64,000 nt of DNA from contig WOZS01000011.1 of assembly GCA_011620135.1 (NCBI GenBank), forward strand, positions 15,183 through 79,182. The letters run 5' to 3'. Origin of the DNA: Gammaproteobacteria bacterium (lineage in GTDB: Bacteria; Pseudomonadota; Gammaproteobacteria; WOZS01). The notes under the pieces were generated by a model. That model saw only the letters and a program-made list of their open reading frames with translations, searched no databases and had not been told where the DNA came from. The position numbers and the translations under genes were made by a program. The stretch's first letter is position 1. Each line of letters starts with the position of its first letter. Below, piece after piece: positions 10,064-18,258 of this stretch.

Positions 10064-11679
10064 GCCTGCCTCTCCAGCGCCTGGGTGTCCTGGGTCGGGG
10101 TCTTCTGGCGGTGCTGCTGTGGCAATGGCAGCAGCAGCGCGGCTGGCCCATGGCATGCCTGGTGGCCCTGGCTGGCGTTGCTGTGGCCAGTGCTGCAGTC
10201 GATGCCACATGGCTTGCGACCGATGCCCTGAGCGGGGCGCTGTGGTTTGTCACGCCATGGCTCTCCTGGATGCTGCTGGCGCTGCTGCTGCAGGGTTGGC
10301 TGCTGGCCTATCGCGGGCCCCGCCTCGACCGTGAGGCCGGATGCACGTTGCTCTTCATGGCTCCTGTGCCGGGGTGGCTTGTGCTGCTGGGCCGGCTTGC
10401 AGGCGGCATCGTGCCGCTTGCTTGCCTTGCGCTGGTCATCCAGGTGGCCGATGGCATGGCGGCTCGCTCCGTTGGTCTGCAGCCGGCCTGGGGGGGCAGT
10501 CTGTGGTGGCTTGCGTGGGGCCTGGTGACGATGCTGGCGCCGGCGCTGGCTTTGCTTGCCGCGTTGGGTGCCTGGGGGATGGCGCAAGGAGGCCGGCACC
10601 ATGCGCGGCAGGTGGTGCTGCTCGTGTTGCTGGTCACCGCTGGGGCGATGATCCGCCTGGTTTTGTCCTGGATCATGGCCGAGCCTGCCCCAGGAGTCGC
10701 CGACGGGCAGGTTGCCAGGCTGGCCTGGTATCTGCGCCGCTGGCCCGGGATGGTGCCACGGGCAGATGCAGGGTCTGGGGTGCCTGCCTTTCCAGGGTTA
10801 CCGCTGTGGCCGGTGGCATGCAGCCTGGCGGCAACCTGCATGCTGCTGGGCATGGCCTGGTGGGGATGGCGCCGGGCCGAGTTCGCAACCCAGCGCAGCA
10901 CTGATGTCATCCAGGAAGACCCGGGTAGCGCCATCGTACGCCACTGGCGGCCGGATGATGGTGGGCGCTGGCGTAGTCCAGCGCTGGCGCTGCTGTGGCT
11001 GCAGGGCCGGCTGTGGCGCCAGGGCGTCATGGCGCTGGGCCTTGTTCTGGCACCCCTGGCGGTGATGGTGGCCCTGTTGCAGGGTTGGCCAGGGCTTGCC
11101 CCCGATATGGTCATGGCCAATGGCCTGTTGCTGGCCATGGTCGGCATGGTGGTGAGTGCGTTGTGGACGGCCGGCTCTGGGTGGCCCATCATGGGGTTGC
11201 CTGGCCTGCCGCCCCAGGGGTTGGCCTGGTGGTTTTCCTGGGGCCTGCTGCTGACGCTGTTCCATGGGGCGTGTGCCTGGGCGGGTTTTTGCCTGGGCGT
11301 GTGGTGGACGTTGCATGGGCTCGGCGTGACCTTCCAGGATCACGTGCTCTGGGTGTTGTTCGGCTATGGCTGCGTGGTGGCGGCCTGGCCGCTTGGTGGC
11401 TCGATGGCCTGTGGGACTGCCATGCTGGGCCATGCCCCCCGCAGGCTGCGTCTATCTGCCGGGGTATTGCTGGCTGCAGCGGGCGCGCTGCTGATTGCCG
11501 CATCCTGGCGGTTGTCCTATCGGCTGATGCCGCCTTGGACCGTGGTGCTGGGCAGAATGGAGTCCCTGGAGTTGCGTTTTGTGTGGCAAGGTCTGCCCCA
11601 GGAACCATTCTGGATCATGCTGGCAGCAGGGCTGCTGGCATGGCCGGGGCGTTGTTGGCTGTTGGATCGCAGGCCATGA
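10060..11679 (+). CDS. large polytopic membrane protein (putative ABC permease component)
   Basis: 539 aa, Trp/Leu/Ala-rich with many predicted TM helices. Translationally coupled (ATGA) to the ATPase upstream and to the next gene. No recognisable family from sequence. Confidence 0.5.
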   Translation: MSLPLQRLGVLGRGLLAVLLWQWQQQRGWPMACLVALAGVAVASAAVDATWLATDALSGALWFVTPWLSWMLLALLLQGWLLAYRGPRLDREAGCTLLFMAPVPGWLVLLGRLAGGIVPLACLALVIQVADGMAARSVGLQPAWGGSLWWLAWGLVTMLAPALALLAALGAWGMAQGGRHHARQVVLLVLLVTAGAMIRLVLSWIMAEPAPGVADGQVARLAWYLRRWPGMVPRADAGSGVPAFPGLPLWPVACSLAATCMLLGMAWWGWRRAEFATQRSTDVIQEDPGSAIVRHWRPDDGGRWRSPALALLWLQGRLWRQGVMALGLVLAPLAVMVALLQGWPGLAPDMVMANGLLLAMVGMVVSALWTAGSGWPIMGLPGLPPQGLAWWFSWGLLLTLFHGACAWAGFCLGVWWTLHGLGVTFQDHVLWVLFGYGCVVAAWPLGGSMACGTAMLGHAPRRLRLSAGVLLAAAGALLIAASWRLSYRLMPPWTVVLGRMESLELRFVWQGLPQEPFWIMLAAGLLAWPGRCWLLDRRP

Positions 11680-12659
11680 TTGCCGGTCTGGGCCTCGTGG
11701 TCAGCGTGCTACTGGGCGGCTTTGTGCTGTGGCAGCGTCTGAGCCTGGGGGCGGCCCTGGTGCCCTGGATCGGGGCATGGGGTTGTTGCGTTGCCGCAAC
11801 AGCCGGGCTGTGGCTGATGCCACAGGAGGATCATGTCGGGCCAGCCGAGATCCGCTGCCTCGAGCCAGGTGCCACGGGGCGGCTGCAGCTCCGCCTGGGG
11901 CATGGCCTGGTGCATCTGGGATCTACCAAGACAGGTCGCAGCCTGGGGCGCTTTGTCGTGGCCAGCGGAGGGGATGAAGCCCTGGGGAACGCCTTGATGC
12001 AGGCGCAGCCGCATTGTGGCGGGGCTCCCTGGGCCGTTCTCAGGACAAGCGGCCCAAGCCGCGGGGGCGGCCTGTGGCACAGTGCCCGGGTAGAGGACCA
12101 GCAGTTCCTGTGGCTGGATGCCCGGGACTCGACCATTCTCGGCGAGATCTTTCTTGGGCTGCCTGGAGCTTCCTGGAACATCCGCATCGACATGGATCGT
12201 GGCCTCATCGAACAGAGCAGCGCGGCCGTGAAACGGCTTGATGTGTCATTGGGCCGCGGCAGATTGATTCTGTTTGCTCCAGCGTCACCCCAGACCGAGC
12301 TTGCCGTCAGGATGGGTCTTGGCGTGGTGGAGGTGCCAGCCAGCAGCTTGGCTCGCCTGGAGCTGCGCGGCGGCTATCTGCAGGTCGCGCTGGCTGCACC
12401 TGTGCCGGGGTTGCTGCAAGCAGCATCAGGCAGCGTCACGCTGGGTGGTCAGCAGGCCATGCCGGTCAGGGTACTGCTGGAAGGTGGTGCCGTGGTGAGC
12501 CAATCGGCACAGCGCCTGACCCGGCGGGGTTCTGCCTGGGTGGGCGGCCCCCCGGAGGCTGCCCGGTTGCGCATCAGACTTGACCGGGGTAAGGTGGAAT
12601 GGCGGCAAGAGGGCGCCCTGGGGTTGGGCGCAGCATCCGGAGTCCCTTCGGCACCATAA
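11676..12659 (+). CDS. hypothetical membrane-anchored protein
   Basis: 327 aa. Two N-terminal hydrophobic segments followed by a soluble, probably periplasmic, domain. It is the internal in-frame part of the 10995..12659 ORF; the ATG overlaps the permease stop (ATGA). Confidence 0.45.
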   Translation: MIAGLGLVVSVLLGGFVLWQRLSLGAALVPWIGAWGCCVAATAGLWLMPQEDHVGPAEIRCLEPGATGRLQLRLGHGLVHLGSTKTGRSLGRFVVASGGDEALGNALMQAQPHCGGAPWAVLRTSGPSRGGGLWHSARVEDQQFLWLDARDSTILGEIFLGLPGASWNIRIDMDRGLIEQSSAAVKRLDVSLGRGRLILFAPASPQTELAVRMGLGVVEVPASSLARLELRGGYLQVALAAPVPGLLQAASGSVTLGGQQAMPVRVLLEGGAVVSQSAQRLTRRGSAWVGGPPEAARLRIRLDRGKVEWRQEGALGLGAASGVPSAP

Positions 12660-12672
12660 GCCAGGCACCAGG

Positions 12673-12710
12673 TCTGATCCGAAGGGCAACATCTGATCCG
12701 GAGGACAACA
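12673..12710 (+). repeat. 19-bp tandem direct repeat spanning the egtB ribosome-binding site
   Basis: TCTGATCCGAAGGGCAACA followed directly by TCTGATCCGGAGGACAACA (17 of 19 identical), 2 nt before the egtB ATG. Confidence 0.6.
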
Positions 12711-12711
12711 G

Positions 12712-13986
12712 ATGGCAGAACACATATCGAGGAGAGCCTCGGAACAGGCCAGCATCTGCCTGCTGGAGCAGTATCAGGCGGTCCGCAGCCGCTCGACGGC
12801 CCTGTGCGAGCCGCTGGCGGTGGAGGACATGGTCATCCAGGCCATGGTCGAGGTGAGTCCGCCCAAGTGGCATCTGGCGCATACCAGTTGGTTCTTCGAG
12901 ACCTTCCTGCTCAAGCCCCATCTGCCTGACTATCGTGTCTTTCATCCCGGTTTTGCCTTTCTGTTCAATTCCTACTATGAGCAGGTGGGCCCCTTCTTCC
13001 CAAGATCACAACGGGGGCTGATCTCCAGGCCCAGCGTGGCCGAGGTGATGGCCTACAGGCACCATGTGGATACGGCCATGGCGCGCCTGCTCACGCAGGC
13101 CGATGCTGCACGGCTTGCCGAACTGCATCCTGTGCTCCTGGTGGGCCTGAACCATGAGCAGCAGCACCAGGAATTGCTGCTGATGGATGTGAAGTACAAC
13201 TTTTTCATCAATCCCTTGCATCCTGTCTATGCCAGGCCGTCACCAGTGGCAGCTTCCGCCGCGCTGCAGCAGGGGCATGCCAGCTATGAGGGTGGCATTT
13301 TCCCCATCGGCAATGATGGTCACGAAAGCTTTGCCTACGACAACGAGGGGCCGCGTCACCAGGTGGTGGTGGAGCCGTTTCGGCTGGCAAAAGGGCTGGT
13401 GACCTGTGGCGAGTACCTCGAGTTCATCGAGGCAGGGGGGTACCGTGACCCGGTCTTGTGGATGTCCGATGGCTGGGCTGCGGTGCAGCGTCACGGTTGG
13501 TGCGCGCCGCTGTACTGGGAACGGTCCGATGAGGGCTGGCAGGTGTTCACGCTCCATGGCATGCGTGCTGTGGACCCCCAGGCCCCCGTGGGTCACCTGA
13601 GCTGGTATGAGGCCGATGCCTATGCCCGCTTCGCAGGCAGCCGCCTGCCCACAGAGGCCGAATGGGAGCTGGCCGCCACGGCAGACAACGCCCGGCAGGA
13701 GCTGACCGAGACCCAGGCAGATCGCCTCGAGCCCCCTGTTGGGGGCATGCGCTTCTTTGGCGCGCTGTGGCAATGGACGGCAAGCCCCTACATGCCCTAT
13801 CCCCGCTATCGGCCGGTGGCCGGCGCGCTTGGTGAGTACAACGGCAAGTTCATGGCCGGCCAGATGGTGTTGCGGGGCTCGGCCTGCATCACGCCCCAGG
13901 GTCATGCCCGGGTGAGCTATCGCAACTTCTTTCCGTTCGAGGCGCGCTGGATGTACGGTGGCGTGCGCCTGGCCTGGGATGACTGA
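12712..13986 (+). CDS. egtB: ergothioneine biosynthesis sulfoxide synthase EgtB-like (DinB_2 + FGE-sulfatase domains)
   Basis: N-terminal DinB/YfiT-like region with His ligands (HLAHTSWFFE, GLNHEQQHQEL). C-terminal FGE-like domain (GALWQWT, RGSACITP). Directly upstream of an EgtD-like methyltransferase. Confidence 0.7.
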   Translation: MAEHISRRASEQASICLLEQYQAVRSRSTALCEPLAVEDMVIQAMVEVSPPKWHLAHTSWFFETFLLKPHLPDYRVFHPGFAFLFNSYYEQVGPFFPRSQRGLISRPSVAEVMAYRHHVDTAMARLLTQADAARLAELHPVLLVGLNHEQQHQELLLMDVKYNFFINPLHPVYARPSPVAASAALQQGHASYEGGIFPIGNDGHESFAYDNEGPRHQVVVEPFRLAKGLVTCGEYLEFIEAGGYRDPVLWMSDGWAAVQRHGWCAPLYWERSDEGWQVFTLHGMRAVDPQAPVGHLSWYEADAYARFAGSRLPTEAEWELAATADNARQELTETQADRLEPPVGGMRFFGALWQWTASPYMPYPRYRPVAGALGEYNGKFMAGQMVLRGSACITPQGHARVSYRNFFPFEARWMYGGVRLAWDD

Positions 13987-14038
13987 ACGCATCAAGCAAG
14001 CAAAGCAATCAAGAACAACTAACAACTAAGGAGCAAGC

Positions 14039-14995
14039 ATGAACATTCCACAAGCGTTCTACGATCTGGCCCAGCAGGAAGACGACTTCCTGGCCGCAGT
14101 CTGGCAGGGATTGGGCAGTACGCCCAAGACCCTGCCGTGTCGCTTTTTCTATGACCAGCGCGGCAGTGCGTTGTTCGATGCCATCTGCGACCTGGATGAG
14201 TACTATCTCACCAGCACCGAGCAAGCCATCCTGCAGGACTGTGCCGCAGACATCGCAAGCCTTGTCGGCCCCACAGGCGTGCTGCTGGAATACGGCAGCG
14301 GCAGCAGCATCAAGACCCGTCTCCTGCTGGATGCACTCTCGCCACGGCTCTACATGCCCATCGACATCTCCAGGGACCACATGCTGGCAGCCTGCGCGGC
14401 TTTGGGTCGGGATTATCCCCATTTGCAGGTGCGCGCGGTATGCGCCGATTATTCCAAACCCTTTGCGCTGCCTGCGGTGGCGTCCTGGGGGCGCACGGTT
14501 GCCTTTTTCCCAGGCTCCAGTATCGGCAATTTTGACCATCGCGAGGCGGTGGCCTTCCTGCGCCAGGTCTGTCGCCAGCTGGGTTCCGGGGATGCCCTTG
14601 TGCTGGGCGTGGACCTGCAGAAGGACCCAGCCATCCTGGAGGCGGCCTACAACGATGCCCAGGGGGTCACTGCTGCGTTCAACCTGAACCTGCTGGCCCG
14701 CATCAACCGCGAGCTTCAGGCGGATTTCGATCTCGACGCCTTCGAGCACCGGGCCTGGTACAACGCTGAGGCAGCAAGGATGGAGATGCATCTTATGAGC
14801 ACCAAGCCCCAGCATGCGACGGTGGCTGGCCGCATGTTTGCCTTCCGACAGGGCGAGACCATTCATACCGAAAACAGCCATAAGTTCAACCACACCCTCA
14901 TCAACCAGCTGGCCTTCCAGGCTGGCTTGCAGGTCCGCATGGTCTGGCGCGACCCCGCTATGCTGTTTGCCGTGTACTGCCTGACCAAGCCCTGA
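14039..14995 (+). CDS. egtD: L-histidine N-alpha-methyltransferase EgtD-like
   Basis: Contains PCRFFYDQRGSALFDAICDLDEYYLTSTEQAIL and LLEYGSGSSIKTRLLL, characteristic of EgtD and its SAM-methyltransferase relatives. Confidence 0.7.
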   Translation: MNIPQAFYDLAQQEDDFLAAVWQGLGSTPKTLPCRFFYDQRGSALFDAICDLDEYYLTSTEQAILQDCAADIASLVGPTGVLLEYGSGSSIKTRLLLDALSPRLYMPIDISRDHMLAACAALGRDYPHLQVRAVCADYSKPFALPAVASWGRTVAFFPGSSIGNFDHREAVAFLRQVCRQLGSGDALVLGVDLQKDPAILEAAYNDAQGVTAAFNLNLLARINRELQADFDLDAFEHRAWYNAEAARMEMHLMSTKPQHATVAGRMFAFRQGETIHTENSHKFNHTLINQLAFQAGLQVRMVWRDPAMLFAVYCLTKP

Positions 14996-15018
14996 GATGA
15001 GCCAGAGGCTGTGATGGC

Positions 15019-15573
15019 TTAGGGGATCTCCGCAGCACGGCTGGTGGTGGCCAGCTGGGCCACATAGTCGGCGTGCTCCTGCTGCATGCGGAGGTAGACA
15101 GTCCGGCTCGCCTGGTGGAGAGCGCCTTGCAATCCCAGTTGTTCATCGGCCATGCGGACGATCAGACTGTTGGGCCAGCAGGGGAAACGCACGGCCATCA
15201 GCTGCTCTGCGGCCTCCTGCGGGCTTGCGCCCTGGAGCACCATGAACAGCAGGGCGGTAGCCGTGGAGCGGGACATGCCGGCATGGCAGTGCACCAGCAC
15301 ATGGCCCTGGTCGTCCAAGGAGGAACCCACCTCGATCAACCGTTCCACATCTTGAGGCGTGGGTGACATGGCCAGGTTCGGATCGACCACATCGAAGAAA
15401 CTGAAGCGATGGCGTTGGGGGATGCGCTCGAGGATGTCGGGCGTTTCGTAGCCTGGGTCCAGCAGGGAGACCACGGTGGTGGTGGCAGGGGTCAAGCGCT
15501 CTGCCAGTTCCGCAAGCCCGCAGATGGCAAGGCGCTGCCACAGGGGCAGCCTGGCTGATGGTATGGTGGACAT
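15019..15573 (-). CDS. protein-tyrosine/dual-specificity phosphatase-like protein
   Basis: Catalytic P-loop HCHAGMSRST (CX5R). Start chosen at MSTIPSARL; the ORF extends to 15633. Confidence 0.6.
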   Translation of the reverse strand: MSTIPSARLPLWQRLAICGLAELAERLTPATTTVVSLLDPGYETPDILERIPQRHRFSFFDVVDPNLAMSPTPQDVERLIEVGSSLDDQGHVLVHCHAGMSRSTATALLFMVLQGASPQEAAEQLMAVRFPCWPNSLIVRMADEQLGLQGALHQASRTVYLRMQQEHADYVAQLATTSRAAEIP

Positions 15574-15717
15574 GCCGCCTATGATACCACCGTTGCAACC
15601 CGTGCATTGCCATACCATTTCGGTATCACGCATGCCTTCGGGTCGTTGTGACAGGGCCAGGGAGCAACGGGAAAAAGAGGATGCATCAGAAAAGCTAAGA
15701 AAAGCACGTGGAACTGG

Positions 15718-15978
15718 TTGCGCTTATTTGGGGCAGGGTGTTTCGGTATGTTGGGCACCTCCCTGGCGCTGGCCGAAGGCTATGTGGACTGGCCGGACGA
15801 CACCAAGGTGATCGATGTGAGCGCCAGTGCGGGCATCATCCATGTGATCGGTCAGGATGAGGACGATGCGCTATATACCCTGGCCATTCCCGAGAGCCTG
15901 GCTCATTCGCTCAAGGTGCAGGCCATGCCCAAGGGGCCCCTGAATCGCCATGAAGGGGTTTTTCGACTGGCCCAGTGA
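15718..15978 (+). CDS. small secreted repeat protein (copy 1, with signal peptide); probably frameshifted
   Basis: N-terminal signal-like segment MRLFGAGCFGMLGTSLALA. Carries the repeat YVDWPDDTKVIDVSASAGIIHVIGQDEDDALYTLAIPE. Confidence 0.4.
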   Translation: MRLFGAGCFGMLGTSLALAEGYVDWPDDTKVIDVSASAGIIHVIGQDEDDALYTLAIPESLAHSLKVQAMPKGPLNRHEGVFRLAQ

Positions 15979-16093
15979 TACCAGGATCATCGGTGCTGCA
16001 GCCGATGAGGGGGTATTGTTCGTGGTGGGCCAGGAAGGCAAAGATGCGCTGTATATCGTGCGCATCACAGAAGATAAAACAGATCACCGCTAG
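15950..16093 (+). pseudogene. second copy of the same ~38-aa repeat in the +1 frame (likely the 3' part of a frameshifted gene)
   Basis: MKGFFDWPSDTRIIGAAADEGVLFVVGQEGKDALYIVRITE is about 50% identical to repeat 1. The frame changes across a GGGGTTTTT run. Confidence 0.35.
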
Positions 16094-16191
16094 CAGGAAC
16101 GCAGGAAGCATCATGTGCCCATCCCATGTCGCGACCGCCATCCTCACCGTTTTGCCTTTAGCGTTTTACCGTGGCGCAGAGCACGTGCGCG

Positions 16192-16713
16192 TCATGCCCT
16201 GACATGGCGGCCCATGGCCGCCAGGATGCCCAGCAGTAGGCGTTCGGGCGGCGGTGGACAGCCGGGAATGAATACATCCACGGGAATCACCTGGTCCACG
16301 CCGCCCAGGCTCGCATAGCTCGTCCCGAACAGCCCGCCGTTGCAGGCACAATCGCCTGCTGCGATCACCAGGCGCGGCTCGGCCATGGCATCCCAGGTGC
16401 GCAGCAAGGCCTCGGCCATGTGTCTCGAGACCGGGCCTGTTACCAGCAGGGCATCGGCATGACGAGGCGAGGCCACGAATCGCACCCCGAAGCGTTCCAG
16501 GTCATGGTAGGGGTTTTCCAGGGCCCCGATCTCCAGCTCGCAGCCATTGCACGAACCGGCGTCCACCTGCCGGATGGCAAGGCTTGCCCTGCACTGGGCA
16601 TCCAGCATGCGCCTGACCGCGATGCCGGCCTGTTCCAGGGCATGGGCATCCAGTTGCGGTGGGGCGTCGGTGCAGGTTGTGTTGCTGAGGATGGTGCGCA
16701 GGATGCGGATCAT
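16192..16713 (-). CDS. NuoB-like small subunit of Ehr/group-4-hydrogenase-like complex
   Basis: Fe-S ligand motifs GSCNGCE, GDCACNGG and PGCPP. This is the last gene of a six-gene complex-I-like cluster. Confidence 0.8.
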   Translation of the reverse strand: MIRILRTILSNTTCTDAPPQLDAHALEQAGIAVRRMLDAQCRASLAIRQVDAGSCNGCELEIGALENPYHDLERFGVRFVASPRHADALLVTGPVSRHMAEALLRTWDAMAEPRLVIAAGDCACNGGLFGTSYASLGGVDQVIPVDVFIPGCPPPPERLLLGILAAMGRHVRA

Positions 16714-16719
16714 GGCTGC

Positions 16720-18258
16720 TCAGAGATCACAGCCACTGTAGGATGCATTGACAGACTTGTTGCATACCGGAAAATCGGCGACAATGTTGCCGCCCACCAG
16801 CACCTCCAGCGCCGGCCAGGCAAACCAGCTTGGGTCCCTGGGAAAGAACCGCGCCACGTTGCCCTGGTCATCCAGGCGCACATGGGTGACGATCTCGCCG
16901 CGAAAGCCCTCCACCACACCCACACCTTCTGCGGCCATACCCGGGGGCCACGGCTCCTGGATGGGCCCTGGCGGGAGGTCATCCAGCAAGGCGTCCAGCA
17001 GCCTGACAGAGGCGCTGATCTCGGCCATGCGCACCTGCAGGCGTGCGGCCACATCGCCGCGTTGCTGCAGGCAGGGCTGGACAGGATGGCGGTCGTAGGG
17101 CGGCTGGGGGCGATCATGGCGCACATCCAATGACAGGCCACTGGCCCGGGCCAGATAGCCGCTCACACCAAGGCCGCGGGCGGCCACGGTGGAAAGCCGG
17201 CCTGTATTGAGCAGCCGATCCTGCAGGGGTGGGTAGTCCGTGAGGATGGGGGCGATATTTTGCCAGCGCTGCAGCATGTCGCGGTGGTTGGCGCGCAACA
17301 GCCTGATGTGCCCTGCATCGAGGTCGACCGCGACACCGCCTGGGGCGATGCAATCCATGAGCAGCCGATGGCCGAAGATGCCGTGCTGGCAACGCAGCCA
17401 TTCTTCCCGGAGCCTGCTGCATTGCATCTTGGCAAAGGCAAAACCCACGTCGCCACAGATGGCGCCCACATCGCCGAGGTGGTTGGCGATACGCTCGCGC
17501 TCGGCCAGGAAGCCGCGCAGCACGACCCCTCGGGCTGTGGGGGCAATGCCCAGGGCGCATTCCAGCGCCAGGGCTGCAGCCCAGCTGTGGGCGACGGTCG
17601 AATCGGCGCTGACGCGACTGGCAAGCGGGAGCAGTGCGGCGGGTTTTCTGCCACAGGCCAGCCATTCGATGCCCTTGTGCACGTAACCCAGGCGTTCCTC
17701 GAGCCCCAGGATGTCTTCGCCTGCCACAGAAAAGCGGAAGTGGCCAGGCTCGATGATGCCGGCATGCACCGGCCCCACGGGAATCTCATAGACACCTTCG
17801 CCACTGAAGGTGGCAAAGGGATAGCGGTCCCGGCCCCGCTCCTGTGGCGTCACAGGGGTGCGCAGGGGTGCTTCGTCGGCCTTCCAGGCGCCATGACGCG
17901 TCCATGGTGGATTGCACTCGCCAAAACGCACCCCCCACAGGTCATGGGCGTGGCGTTGCATCCTGTCTGCCGCCGGATACCAGCGCGCCCAGGAAGGCAG
18001 CCCCATCGTGCCATCAAGAGGCGTGGCGCGCAGCAGGACATACCAGCCATCCCGGGCGAGGCAGGCGTTGACCTCCAGCTTCTCGTCTCGCACATCGGCC
18101 CACAGGCCGGCGAAACGCAGCTGCCGCACGCTGGCTTCTGGAGCCAGCTGTGCCCAGTGTTCCGGGGCCACCGTCACAAGCAGTATCCGATCCTGAAGCA
18201 TCCGCGAAGACGTGCCCCATGCGCTCAGTTCCTGCAGCCAAGCTGGTGAGTTGTTCAT
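16720..18258 (-). CDS. fused NuoC/NuoD-like large subunit (HyfG/HycE-like) lacking the NiFe-binding CxxC
   Basis: 512 aa from the ATG at 18258, ATGA-coupled to the upstream gene. The L1 site reads AICGDVGFAF, whereas real group-4 hydrogenases have RxCGxCxxxH. The C-terminus lacks DPCxxCxxH. Confidence 0.75.
   Translation of the reverse strand: MNNSPAWLQELSAWGTSSRMLQDRILLVTVAPEHWAQLAPEASVRQLRFAGLWADVRDEKLEVNACLARDGWYVLLRATPLDGTMGLPSWARWYPAADRMQRHAHDLWGVRFGECNPPWTRHGAWKADEAPLRTPVTPQERGRDRYPFATFSGEGVYEIPVGPVHAGIIEPGHFRFSVAGEDILGLEERLGYVHKGIEWLACGRKPAALLPLASRVSADSTVAHSWAAALALECALGIAPTARGVVLRGFLAERERIANHLGDVGAICGDVGFAFAKMQCSRLREEWLRCQHGIFGHRLLMDCIAPGGVAVDLDAGHIRLLRANHRDMLQRWQNIAPILTDYPPLQDRLLNTGRLSTVAARGLGVSGYLARASGLSLDVRHDRPQPPYDRHPVQPCLQQRGDVAARLQVRMAEISASVRLLDALLDDLPPGPIQEPWPPGMAAEGVGVVEGFRGEIVTHVRLDDQGNVARFFPRDPSWFAWPALEVLVGGNIVADFPVCNKSVNASYSGCDL

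Noticed and set aside
10995-11675. 5' two-thirds of the 554-aa ORF 10995..12659
   Set aside because: This part overlaps the permease gene in another frame. Only the portion from the ATG at 11676 (ATGA-coupled to the permease stop) is plausibly coding.
17260-18249. 329-aa plus-strand ORF, and similar ORFs at 21420..22628, 25206..26345, 26391..28055, 34203..35357, 41824..43317 and 43444..44616
   Set aside because: All lie antisense to confidently identified genes (the Ehr subunits, typA, the DprE1-like gene, purM, the aldehyde dehydrogenase and the metallopeptidase) and have low-complexity Arg/Gly/His-rich translations.
16720-18258. Large subunit as a genuine [NiFe]-hydrogenase (HycE/HyfG)
   Set aside because: The N-terminal metal site reads CGDV instead of CGxC. 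The C-terminal DPCxxC motif is absent. No hyp or ferredoxin subunit genes are adjacent. It is therefore called Ehr-like rather than hydrogenase.
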